From: a virus
Lineage: Duplodnaviria > Heunggongvirae > Uroviricota > Caudoviricetes
IMG/VR virus record: IMGVR_UViG_2711768076_000008
Length of the DNA stretch: 32,575 nt
Direction: 5' to 3' (one strand)
Part shown: piece by piece, positions 1 through 7,804 of the stretch
Layout: the number at the start of each line of letters is the position of its first letter
Numbering within the stretch: the stretch's first letter is position 1
Position numbers and translations under genes: made by a program
The notes under the pieces: generated by a model
The model's input: the letters and a program-made list of their open reading frames with translations, nothing else
Database searches by the model: none
What the model was told of the DNA's origin: nothing

Positions 1-118
1 GGGAAATATCCTTTCAGTAAACTGTCAGTGCCGGATGCTCACCCGTGTCCGGCGCAAGCACTCCACCTCACCCGTGGAGAACTCCTTAATTACCAACCTT
101 AGCTTCGTTGGTTAGCTA

Positions 119-337
119 TTAACGCGGGTATGTAATCATTCTGGCAATGGTTAATGCCGCTGCTTTTTCCAGATTGGTGATATCCTGCTCCAGAGAGGAC
201 AGATTTTCAGCCTGCTTAGCCCTGACTTCATTAGCCCATTTCAGATCCTGCGCTGCATTAATTTTCTGGCGCATCCACTCATAAAGTTCATCATCGGTAT
301 AGTCTGGCGCGATGATGACGGGTTCTCGTTTCTGCAT
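119..337 (-). CDS. hypothetical small protein (72 aa)
   Basis: Intact ORF on the same strand as the repressor, in the early-left position; no motif I recognise. Function unknown. Confidence 0.4.
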   Translation of the reverse strand: MQKREPVIIAPDYTDDELYEWMRQKINAAQDLKWANEVRAKQAENLSSLEQDITNLEKAAALTIARMITYPR

Positions 338-423
338 GTCGGCTCCTTGTGGTTAGCGTTGCCTGCTTTTAACCACGTCAGGCGAGGTGGTATCCTCTGA
401 GGGGTCTGTTACTCGAGAGGAAA

Positions 424-630
424 TTGGTTATGAATACAATCAAGTTTTCTTGCCCAGAATGTGGTGGCGAAGTCTTTGACACATCCTTTAAACCGCAGGG
501 CTCTGACAGTTTCGCGGGAGCCATCTGCAAAAATTGTGGTCACCTTGTAACTGAAGATGAGTCCTCGCAGTTTGATGACGAAATCGTTGACAATATCTTC
601 GGTGCACTCACCAGAGACTTTCTGAAGTAA
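424..630 (+). CDS. putative zinc-ribbon protein (68 aa)
   Basis: Two CxxC pairs (CPECGG ... CKNCGH) typical of a zinc ribbon; GAGAGGA-like SD about 7 nt upstream of the ATG. Fully overlapped by an antisense 118-aa ORF (409..765), so the strand assignment is not settled. Confidence 0.4.
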   Translation: MVMNTIKFSCPECGGEVFDTSFKPQGSDSFAGAICKNCGHLVTEDESSQFDDEIVDNIFGALTRDFLK

Positions 631-1061
631 AGGCGCATACCGCTTAGTTACCGCTCTGATAATTCTTACCTGTCCGGCAATGGCGCTGATATCAATATAA
701 AGCGCCATCGCTGTTTCTTTGCTGATCCCTGGACGCCTTCCATTCTGATGTTTGACTTCGCCCACTGAGAAATCCTCTGTTTCCCCTTAACGCCGGGGTA
801 GCGGAACAAAAACCTGCTGCATAGTTATTAAAGTTGAACCCTGCCGTCATGTTCTTACGCCTCGGGCTGGCTACTTAACCCCTGACCACTGCCTGGTAAC
901 TCGAAGTATTGCCCTGCATTCTGTAGGATGGGGTGAGGGAATGAATGAAGTTTAGAAAAACGAACTTTTCAGGTCAATGTTTTTTTATCAAAACATTTTA
1001 AGCAGGCAGCTGTTAAGCCATCACCACGATGGCATACAGTTAATCAAATAGATGAGGTTGG

Positions 1062-1700
1062 TTAAATATCTTGTTGAATTTTAAAGCATACGCCCAATAT
1101 GCAAGATAGATCATCCAGCATAATTGAAGGGTAGCGAGGATTCGTGGGGACTAAAAGAATATCCGGCCCTTCTATCTCCAGTTTACGAATGACAGGTGTT
1201 GTGGTCCCTTTGGGTAAGGCAAGGACAATATTTCCTGGTTGTACGGTTCGATCGGGATCAACAAAAACTGTTGAACCATTTGGGATGGAAACTCCCCCAC
1301 CAGATGTTGACATACTGTCACTCTCTAGAACAACTGCAAAGGTATTGACCGGGATTTCTCCGACAAGCTGCACACAAGAGGTTATTGAGGAATTTTTCAT
1401 ATAATCACTCCAGCTTGCTGCCTGCTGAAGTGATAGTAGCGGAACCGTTTTTATCGGCGGTAAAGATAGATCAAGCGAATCACCTGTATTTAACTCTCCT
1501 CCATTAAGAAGCCAATTTTCGTTTACTTTCAATATTTTTGCCAGTGAACTTATGTAACGCGAGGACGGCGCTCCTCCACCGTTCATCCATTGACTTACGG
1601 AGCCTTTTGATGCGCCAGTGCCATTGACAAGGTCTTTGCCTTTCAGGTTTAGCGCATGCATACGTTGGGTTATGCGTTCAGATATAGTTTGCTTGCTCAT
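1062..1700 (-). CDS. CI-like prophage repressor (HTH N-terminal domain, LexA/S24-type C-terminal domain)
   Basis: 212 aa. N-terminal HTH-like segment (GKDLVNGTGASKGSVSQWMNG) and a C-terminal region resembling the S24 autocleavage fold. Transcribed divergently from the Cro-like gene, as in a lambda immunity region. Confidence 0.8.
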   Translation of the reverse strand: MSKQTISERITQRMHALNLKGKDLVNGTGASKGSVSQWMNGGGAPSSRYISSLAKILKVNENWLLNGGELNTGDSLDLSLPPIKTVPLLSLQQAASWSDYMKNSSITSCVQLVGEIPVNTFAVVLESDSMSTSGGGVSIPNGSTVFVDPDRTVQPGNIVLALPKGTTTPVIRKLEIEGPDILLVPTNPRYPSIMLDDLSCILGVCFKIQQDI

Positions 1701-1791
1701 GTTTTGATTTTAAAACACAGATGGTTTTGTTTCTTGACTTTCTTTGGTTTTGATTATTAAACTTTTGACGTTCAGTTTTATGGAGCGACTC
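1701..1791. promoter_or_regulatory. candidate divergent promoter/operator region between the repressor and Cro-like genes
   Basis: 90-bp AT-rich intergenic region with repeated GTTTTGATT/GGTTTTG motifs (about 1701-1709, 1723-1729, 1747-1755) and a TTGACT -35-like hexamer at 1734-1739. Exact operators and the -10 element are not resolved. Confidence 0.35.
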
Positions 1792-2034
1792 ATGAAAAAA
1801 TCAGAAGTATTAGGCTATTTTGGCGGAGTTGTTAAAACAGCCGCAGCTCTAGGAACGTCAAAAACCACAGTCAGCATGTGGGGGGAAGAGGTTCCGTGGA
1901 AATGGGCGTTGCTAATTCAGGCAGTCACTGCCGGGGCGCTCAAATATGAGTTACACATACCGACGGTTGTCATTCCCGGTTCTGATCATAATCCGCCTTC
2001 TAACCAAGGGGGGATTCATGAAAATCAAGCATGA
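1792..2034 (+). CDS. Cro-like / YdaS-like transcriptional regulator
   Basis: Small ORF (MKKSEVLGYFGG...) divergent from the repressor; the position and my recollection of Rac-prophage YdaS suggest a Cro-type HTH protein. An alternative ATG lies at 1780. Confidence 0.55.
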   Translation: MKKSEVLGYFGGVVKTAAALGTSKTTVSMWGEEVPWKWALLIQAVTAGALKYELHIPTVVIPGSDHNPPSNQGGIHENQA

Positions 2035-2443
2035 ACACATCCGCATGGCGATGAATGCCTGGGCGCATCCGGACGGCGAAAAAGTACCGGCTGCGAAAAT
2101 TACCAAAGCGTATTTCGAGCTGGGAATGACGTTCCCGGAACTGTATGACGACAGCCATCCGGAAGCCCTGGCTCGCAATACCCAGAAAATTTTCCGCTGG
2201 GTGGAGAAAGACACCCCTGATGCAGTTGAAAAAATTCAGGCGTTGTTACCAGCGATCGAAAAGGCAATGCCACCTTTGCTGGTGGCCAGAATGCGCAGCC
2301 ACAGTTCAGCTTATTTTCGGGAGTTGGTGGAGACGCGGGAGCGACTGGTGAGAGACGCTGATGATTTTGTCGCAGTGGCAATCGCCGGTTTCAATCAGAT
2401 GAACCGTGGTGGCCCGGCAGGAAATGCTGTGGCAGTACATTGA
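2018..2443 (+). CDS. YdaT-like protein (CII-position regulator/toxin-domain family)
   Basis: ORF MKIKHEHIRMAMNAWAHPDGEK... overlaps the Cro-like stop and resembles the Rac-prophage YdaT sequence as I recall it. Not verified by search. Confidence 0.55.
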   Translation: MKIKHEHIRMAMNAWAHPDGEKVPAAKITKAYFELGMTFPELYDDSHPEALARNTQKIFRWVEKDTPDAVEKIQALLPAIEKAMPPLLVARMRSHSSAYFRELVETRERLVRDADDFVAVAIAGFNQMNRGGPAGNAVAVH

Positions 2444-2514
2444 CTGACAATAGCCATATCGAATCGCTTCCGGCAACTCGTGAGTAAAAAGATTCGGTAT
2501 CAGAAGAGGTGAGT

Positions 2515-3585
2515 ATGGCTAACGCCTGGCTCAGATTATGGCATGACATGCCAAATGACCCTAAGTGGCGAACAATTGCCAGGGTGTCAGGGCAGCCAAT
2601 TGCAACAGTGATGGCAGTGTATATCCACCTCCTGGTGAGCGCGTCACGAAATGTCACGCGAGGTCACATTGATGTCACGACAGAAGATTTGGCAAGTGCG
2701 CTCGACGTGACAGAAGAGGTAATTGATTCAATTTTGCAGACGATGCAGGGGCGGGTACTTGATGGTGATTTAATCACTGGATGGGAAAAACGCCAGGTGC
2801 TGAAAGAGGACAACGGCAATATTTCGCAAACCGCAAAATCTCCGGCAGAGCGCAAGAGGGCGCAGCGAGAGAGGGAAAGAAAGCGGGAACAAAATGGCGA
2901 TTGTCACGGCGAGTCACGAAATGTCACGCACATGTCACGACGAGTCACGACAGATAAAGATACAGATAAAGATACAGATCAAGAAGATCAAAACACTATG
3001 GTCCATGGCGTAAAAAACGCCACGAACCAGGCAGGGGATGTTCAGACCGTCACTCCTGGCCAGCCCGCAGGCACGACACCGGAAGCCGATTCAGCGTATG
3101 CGCTGAAAGCCGATTCGGGCGCTGTGCAGCAGGTGATGACCGCAAGGCAGGAGCAATCACACCAACTTCAGCAGCCTGAAGCCGATTCCGCCATTCAGCG
3201 GGAAGCCGATCGGGTAGTCCCGGAAAACACCGGGCAGCCTGTGGGACGAGTGGATTATCCTGATGTGTTCGAACAGGTCTGGCGGGAATACCCGTTGCGT
3301 GCCGGGGCAAACCCGAAGAAATCCGCTTTCAGTGCCTGGAAAGCCAGATTACGCGAGGGGGTGCCACCAGAGGCCATGCTGGATGGCGTGAGGCGTTACG
3401 CAAGATACCTTGCGGCTACCGGGAAAACGGGAACGGAATTTGTTCAGCGAGCGACGACGTTTTTTGGACCGGACCGGAATTTTGAAAACCCCTGGCTGCT
3501 CCCGGTAAGCGGCACGAACAACCAGCGTTGTGTGAATCATATTTCTGAACCGGATAACGAAATTCCGCCGGGCTTCAGGGGGTAA
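2515..3585 (+). CDS. putative replication initiation protein (lambda O-like role) containing the origin iterons
   Basis: 356 aa ORF downstream of the cro/cII-like genes. Its coding sequence holds two clusters of GTCACG repeats at about 10-bp spacing plus an A/T-rich direct repeat, the classic layout of an iteron origin inside the initiator gene. SD AGAGG sits 5 nt upstream of the ATG. Confidence 0.6.
   Translation: MANAWLRLWHDMPNDPKWRTIARVSGQPIATVMAVYIHLLVSASRNVTRGHIDVTTEDLASALDVTEEVIDSILQTMQGRVLDGDLITGWEKRQVLKEDNGNISQTAKSPAERKRAQRERERKREQNGDCHGESRNVTHMSRRVTTDKDTDKDTDQEDQNTMVHGVKNATNQAGDVQTVTPGQPAGTTPEADSAYALKADSGAVQQVMTARQEQSHQLQQPEADSAIQREADRVVPENTGQPVGRVDYPDVFEQVWREYPLRAGANPKKSAFSAWKARLREGVPPEAMLDGVRRYARYLAATGKTGTEFVQRATTFFGPDRNFENPWLLPVSGTNNQRCVNHISEPDNEIPPGFRG
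2643..2679. repeat. iteron cluster 1 (4 x GTCACG/GTCACA, about 10-11 bp spacing)
   Basis: GTCACG at 2643, 2653 and 2674, with GTCACA at 2663; read directly from the sequence. Confidence 0.6.
2903..2990. repeat. iteron cluster 2 (5 x GTCACG, 10-11 bp spacing) followed by a tandem ACAGATAAAGAT repeat, A/T-rich: candidate ori
   Basis: GTCACG at 2903, 2913, 2923, 2934 and 2944, then cagataaagatacagataaagatacagatcaagaagatcaaaac. Confidence 0.6.
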
Positions 3586-3625
3586 GTGTTAATTTCTGGT
3601 CATGAGGTAATTTTCAGGAGGGCTT

Positions 3626-4048
3626 GTGGCAAAAGTTTTTACACAAGAAGAGCGAGAAAAAATTAAAGGGCAGGTTGTTGAACTCGTACGCCAGAGTGGG
3701 CGTGAGACGTTACGGCAACTGGAAGTCAAGACAGGTGCGACAAGATATCTGATGAGCGTTCTCGCAAGAGAGCTGGTTGCCAGCGGCGATGTATACAACT
3801 CCGGCTACGGGTTATTCCCCTCTGAACAGGCGCGTAAGGACTGGCAAAACGCCCGCAAAAAACTCTCGAGGGCAAAGGTGAAGAAACCTGCTGTGGTTGA
3901 TCCGGACCTTATCTGGTCATCACCTGACGGAGAAATACGTCGCTACGACAGTCGCCTAAACATAATCTGTCGCGAGTGCCGGAAGAGTGAAGCTATGCAG
4001 CGTGTACTGGCTTTCTATCAGGGGAATTTTCAGGAGGCGGCGCAGTGA
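3626..4048 (+). CDS. hypothetical phage protein (140 aa)
   Basis: GTG start with an AGGAGG SD upstream; basic protein with no motif I recognise. Confidence 0.5.
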   Translation: MAKVFTQEEREKIKGQVVELVRQSGRETLRQLEVKTGATRYLMSVLARELVASGDVYNSGYGLFPSEQARKDWQNARKKLSRAKVKKPAVVDPDLIWSSPDGEIRRYDSRLNIICRECRKSEAMQRVLAFYQGNFQEAAQ

Positions 4049-4245
4049 GCAGGATTGACTACCAGGAATTGGCTGCTGCTAACGCTTTCCTAGCTGATGT
4101 ACGGGCGGTGGCGTTTAACGACCTTTGCGCGGCGTTTGCCAGGCACGCAAAAGTTGCAGGACTGGATGATGCCGATACCGTAACGCTTAAGGAAGTGACA
4201 GAAGCATTGTTGCATTGTGCGGAACAGATTCGCGCGCCTGAATAA
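4045..4245 (+). CDS. hypothetical small protein (66 aa)
   Basis: ORF whose start overlaps the preceding stop (translational coupling). Confidence 0.4.
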   Translation: MSRIDYQELAAANAFLADVRAVAFNDLCAAFARHAKVAGLDDADTVTLKEVTEALLHCAEQIRAPE

Positions 4246-4340
4246 TTAAATTTAGTGTTGTAAATAAAATTTAATCCTTAACCGGAGGGATTTCTGCACC
4301 CTCAGAACATCAGGAGGCCGCCCGAAAGGGCGGTAATGAA

Positions 4341-4523
4341 ATGCGAAAGTTCAGAATAATTATTGAAACGGGAATAGCTGGTGGAGATTTTGAGGATGTA
4401 TTCGAAGTGGATGATGGTGCGACACCAGATGAAATACAGGACGAAGCAAAAGAAATTTTCTTTAACTACTGCAATTACTCATATCACGAAATAAAAGATG
4501 AGGAGGAAGAACAAAATGGCTGA
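4341..4523 (+). CDS. hypothetical small acidic protein (60 aa)
   Basis: ORF rich in D/E; AGGAGG SD at 4312-4317 separated from the ATG by a 6-bp hairpin with a GAAA loop. Confidence 0.45.
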   Translation: MRKFRIIIETGIAGGDFEDVFEVDDGATPDEIQDEAKEIFFNYCNYSYHEIKDEEEEQNG

Positions 4524-4692
4524 TTTTGGTTCAACTAAATACAACGTCAGTTTTGAAGAATGGCATGAACTGTTAATGGACTATGCAGAGTTACGCGGTG
4601 GAAGTGCCGCTGATGCTGAAGCATGGCGTTATGACTACGAAGCAGGAAAAACTCCGGTCGAAGCATATTGTGATGAGTGGGGCGATGAATGA
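4516..4692 (+). CDS. hypothetical small acidic protein (58 aa)
   Basis: Internal ATG at 4516 preceded by GAGGAGGAAG; the track ORF begins at 4498. Confidence 0.45.
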   Translation: MADFGSTKYNVSFEEWHELLMDYAELRGGSAADAEAWRYDYEAGKTPVEAYCDEWGDE

Positions 4693-5204
4693 GCGAGATT
4701 AATTATCAGGAAGGACATGAAACGGCAGGGCAGGCAAAACCAGTTGCATGGCGATATCGCTACGTGAAAAAAGGCATTACGGACTCACAGGGGGAGCCGT
4801 GGGTTGGTGACTGGAAATATGTACCGACAAAAGAGGATTGCAACGACAGGCCGAGCTATGAAATTCAGGCGTTATTCACTGCCCCGCCTGTGCCACTGAC
4901 ATCAGAAGGACTGGTTAAAGCCGTGCGCTTTTATGAACAGGTAAAGCGTGAGAATCCACCAGTCGAAACAGGAGCATGGAAAGATGCTGTTGATTGGGTA
5001 CTCAAAGAGGCCTGCAGTGCTGTCATTCTGGGTAAAGCCGACAACCCACCAGCTTCCGGCAATCAGGTTAGCGAATTAACAATGTGGGTTAAACGACTGG
5101 TCAGCCAACTGAAAAAAGCCAAGCCGGACTGCAAATTACCGGAGAAGGCGATGGACTACCTGAAGCGAAACGGACTGATAAGCGTGGAGGATGTTTTACG
5201 GTGA
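4689..5204 (+). CDS. hypothetical phage protein (171 aa)
   Basis: ATGA overlap with the upstream gene; no motif I recognise. Confidence 0.5.
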   Translation: MSEINYQEGHETAGQAKPVAWRYRYVKKGITDSQGEPWVGDWKYVPTKEDCNDRPSYEIQALFTAPPVPLTSEGLVKAVRFYEQVKRENPPVETGAWKDAVDWVLKEACSAVILGKADNPPASGNQVSELTMWVKRLVSQLKKAKPDCKLPEKAMDYLKRNGLISVEDVLR

Positions 5205-5343
5205 GATAGTAAATGCATGTAATGAGACGGGGGGGGTGAGGGGAGGCTTCATCTGGATAGATCTTGCACCGTTCATATGTTATAAAAACAATTCCTACTG
5301 TTAAATCGTTGTTTGTTTTAGTTGCTATATTTAAGGAGTGAAT

Positions 5344-5601
5344 ATGCAGTTAATTGTTGATTACCCAGATCATAACATTTATTCATCTTTTGTGGATGCG
5401 GATGCTGAACTTCGAGAGTTAAATGGTGGGGCAGTAGTTGTAATAACGGTAAAAATACCTCTTACTAGCACATCGGAACAGTTGTTTAATAAATACACTT
5501 GCGGGGAAAGTCTTCGTATTAAATTGAGGAATGGCGATGAATGGAAAATGTATTTCGTTATGCTTGATGGAGGGCGCTATATATTTTCCTCGCACCTGTG
5601 A
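5344..5601 (+). CDS. hypothetical protein in an AT-rich island (86 aa)
   Basis: AAGGAG SD 5 nt upstream of the ATG; flanked by AT-rich non-coding DNA with lower GC than the surrounding phage genes. Confidence 0.45.
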   Translation: MQLIVDYPDHNIYSSFVDADAELRELNGGAVVVITVKIPLTSTSEQLFNKYTCGESLRIKLRNGDEWKMYFVMLDGGRYIFSSHL

Positions 5602-5697
5602 TAAAAATGATGAGCCGAGACTGTATTTACGGGACGCTGAGAGAATACCATAGAAAAGCTTATCTAACTTAAGTAGAATTGCTGCGGGTGCTTGAGG

Positions 5698-5733
5698 CTA
5701 TCTGCCTCAGGCATGAACACCAAAGGCAGATAG
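5698..5733 (+). promoter_or_regulatory. stable stem-loop in the hok mRNA leader (10-bp perfect stem CTATCTGCCT/AGGCAGATAG)
   Basis: Perfect 10-bp inverted repeat with a 16-nt loop; a mutually exclusive 5-bp hairpin GAGGC/GCCTC (5694-5708) overlaps it. Confidence 0.5.
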
Positions 5734-5854
5734 AGAAAAGCCCCAGTTAACATTACGCGTCCTGCAAGACGCTTAACATTAATCTGAGGCTCAATCTATG
5801 AACGGCAAATCTAGGTTAGCCTCTTACGTGCCGAAAGGCAAGGAGAAGCAGGCT

Positions 5855-6010
5855 ATGAAGCAGCAAAAGGCGATGTTAATCGCCCTGATCGTCATCTGTT
5901 TAACCGTCATAGTGACGGCACTGGTAACGAGGAAAGACCTCTGCGAGGTACGAATCCGAACCGGCCAGACGGAGGTCGCTGTCTTCACAGTCTACGAACC
6001 TGAGGAGTAA
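5855..6010 (+). CDS. hok: Hok/Gef-family type I toxin (51 aa)
   Basis: MKQQKAMLIALIVICLTVIVTALVTRKDLCEVRIRTGQTEVAVFTVYEPEE matches the Hok/Gef fold and is close to the E. coli HokD/RelF sequence as I recall it. AAGGAG SD 9 nt upstream. The in-frame upstream extension (track ORF 5798..6010) is Mok-like. Confidence 0.85.
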   Translation: MKQQKAMLIALIVICLTVIVTALVTRKDLCEVRIRTGQTEVAVFTVYEPEE

Positions 6011-6017
6011 GAGACTT

Positions 6018-6039
6018 GGCGAGGGAGAAATCCCTCGCC
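6018..6039 (+). promoter_or_regulatory. hok 3' stem-loop (9-bp stem, GAAA loop), fold-back-type element
   Basis: GGCGAGGGA-gaaa-TCCCTCGCC immediately after the hok stop codon. Confidence 0.5.
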
Positions 6040-6079
6040 GCCTCTGATGTGTCAGGCATCCTCAACGCACCCGCGCTTA

Positions 6080-6102
6080 ACCCGCTTCGGCGGGTTTATT
6101 TT
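6080..6102 (+). terminator. rho-independent terminator of the hok transcript
   Basis: ACCCGC-TTCG-GCGGGT stem followed by TTTATTTTAT. Confidence 0.7.
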
Positions 6103-6468
6103 ATCTGTAAATATTTTTATAAAAATAATGCCCACACACAGCATAAAACAAAAAGTATCACAGATAAAAAAGGAGCGTAATGTGCAGATTTGTTGTTTTC
6201 CATATTTACTCACTTTAACATAATCAATATTGATATGGTTGTTGTTTCGGTGGTTTCAAACGAGATGTTATGGTGATCTGGTAAAATTGCATAACATTAA
6301 AATTTAATTTATCTAATCGCTTTTAATAATAAGCGTTGTGTTTATCCCAGCAATCTGTTGTTTGACTTTTATTCCATTAATGTAGGGGCTTTACACTGGA
6401 ACCAGTTTATTTATACTTTATACGCCAGCCTGAACAACTGGCACCTGCTGCGCCAGCAGAGACAACCG

Positions 6469-6747
6469 ATGGCGCACGATACCAAATTACACAATTCTGA
6501 TGATTCTGCCGTCTTTGCCAGCAGGCACGGGCGGCGTTCCCGCACTTTCAAATCTGACTGGTTCCAGCATGACCCATGTACTGAAGAACAGGCCGAATGG
6601 CTAATTCATAACTATCGCAGACGCGGATACGAGATTAAGAAAGCCCTCAGCCTCGATTATCGTCACTGGATAATCTATGTCAGGCTCCCTTATTCCGAAC
6701 GCCCACCGCGCCCATCCCGCACATACCAGCAACGGATCTGGAGGTAA
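6469..6747 (+). CDS. hypothetical phage protein (92 aa)
   Basis: ORF ending in TAA immediately before the GTG start of the DUF968 gene (coupled). The start is chosen at the first ATG after a roughly 350-bp AT-rich gap; the track ORF begins at 6358. Confidence 0.4.
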   Translation: MAHDTKLHNSDDSAVFASRHGRRSRTFKSDWFQHDPCTEEQAEWLIHNYRRRGYEIKKALSLDYRHWIIYVRLPYSERPPRPSRTYQQRIWR

Positions 6748-6748
6748 C

Positions 6749-7804
6749 GTGCGGATATTACTTCGACCTGTTCTGGTACCGGAACTCGGGCTGGTGGTCC
6801 TTAGGCCGGGCCGTGAATCCATGCAAGTATTTCATAACCCTCGAGTGCTGGTGGAGCCTGAACCGAAAAGCATGCGCGGTCTGCCGTCCGGAGTCGTCCC
6901 TGCCGTTCGCCAGCCGCTGGCGGAGGATAAATCATTACTGCCATTTTTCAGCGATGAGCGGGTGATTCGTGCTGCTGGCGGCGCTGGGGCACTGTCTGAC
7001 TGGCTGTTGCGTCATGTCAAATCCTGCCAGTGGCCTCATGGTGACTATCATCACAGTGAAATCGTCATACATCGTTACGGTACCGGCGCGATGGTGTTGT
7101 GCTGGCACTGCGACAACCAGTTGCGTGACCAGACATCCGAATCACTCGGGCAACTTGCTCATCAAAACCTGTCAGCATGGATGATTGACGTCATCGGTCA
7201 CGCAATAAGCGGTACGCAGGAGCGTGAATTATCTCTGGCTGAATTATCCTGGTGGGCGGTCCGCAATCAGGTGGCGGACGCGCTACCGGAAGCGGTATTA
7301 CGTCGTTCGCTGGGGTTGCGTGCGGAAAAAATCCGTTCAATGTACCGTGAAAGCGACATCGTACCGGGAGAGCAGACCGCCACCAGCATACTGAAGCAGC
7401 GCACAAAAAATCTTGCGCCGCTGCCTCACGCCCACCAGCAAAAACCGCCACAGGAAAAGACGGTGGTCAGCATTGCTGTTGATCCGGAGTCACCGGCTCA
7501 GTATCTCCAGCGCCAGAAACCACAACGGGAAGAGATGCCTGTATACACGCGCTGGGTAAAAACGCAGAAATGCATGACGTGCGGTAATCAGGCAGATGAT
7601 CCGCATCACATCATTGGTCATGGACTGGGAGGGATGGGAACAAAGGCTGATGATTTGTTTGTTATTCCGCTGTGCCGCAAATGTCATAACGAACTGCACG
7701 CCGGGGTAAAAGATTTTGAAGAAAAACACGGCAGCCAGCTGTTGTTGCTGATTCGTTTTTTAATGCACGCGAGAAATTCGGGCGTCCTGAAGTGGAAAGC
7801 ATAA
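6749..7804 (+). CDS. DUF968-family phage protein with C-terminal HNH-like Cys/His motif (YdfU-like)
   Basis: C-terminal CMTCGN...HHIIGHG...CRKCHNELH motif; GTG start with a GGAGG SD. The position just upstream of rusA and Q is typical of lambdoid nin regions. Confidence 0.6.
   Translation: MRILLRPVLVPELGLVVLRPGRESMQVFHNPRVLVEPEPKSMRGLPSGVVPAVRQPLAEDKSLLPFFSDERVIRAAGGAGALSDWLLRHVKSCQWPHGDYHHSEIVIHRYGTGAMVLCWHCDNQLRDQTSESLGQLAHQNLSAWMIDVIGHAISGTQERELSLAELSWWAVRNQVADALPEAVLRRSLGLRAEKIRSMYRESDIVPGEQTATSILKQRTKNLAPLPHAHQQKPPQEKTVVSIAVDPESPAQYLQRQKPQREEMPVYTRWVKTQKCMTCGNQADDPHHIIGHGLGGMGTKADDLFVIPLCRKCHNELHAGVKDFEEKHGSQLLLLIRFLMHARNSGVLKWKA

Noticed and set aside
1144-1404. 86-aa plus-strand ORF
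   Set aside because: Antisense to the CI-like repressor gene, which has clear domain-level features.
2640-2990. Possible CRISPR array suggested by short regular repeats
   Set aside because: The repeat unit is only 6 bp at 10-11 bp spacing, lies inside a coding frame, and has no unique spacers of CRISPR length; iterons explain it.
6358-6468. 5' extension of the 6358..6747 ORF
   Set aside because: The first 37 codons come from an AT-rich intergenic stretch with no ATG start (the track ORF begins on TTG); the first ATG at 6469 is the more plausible start.
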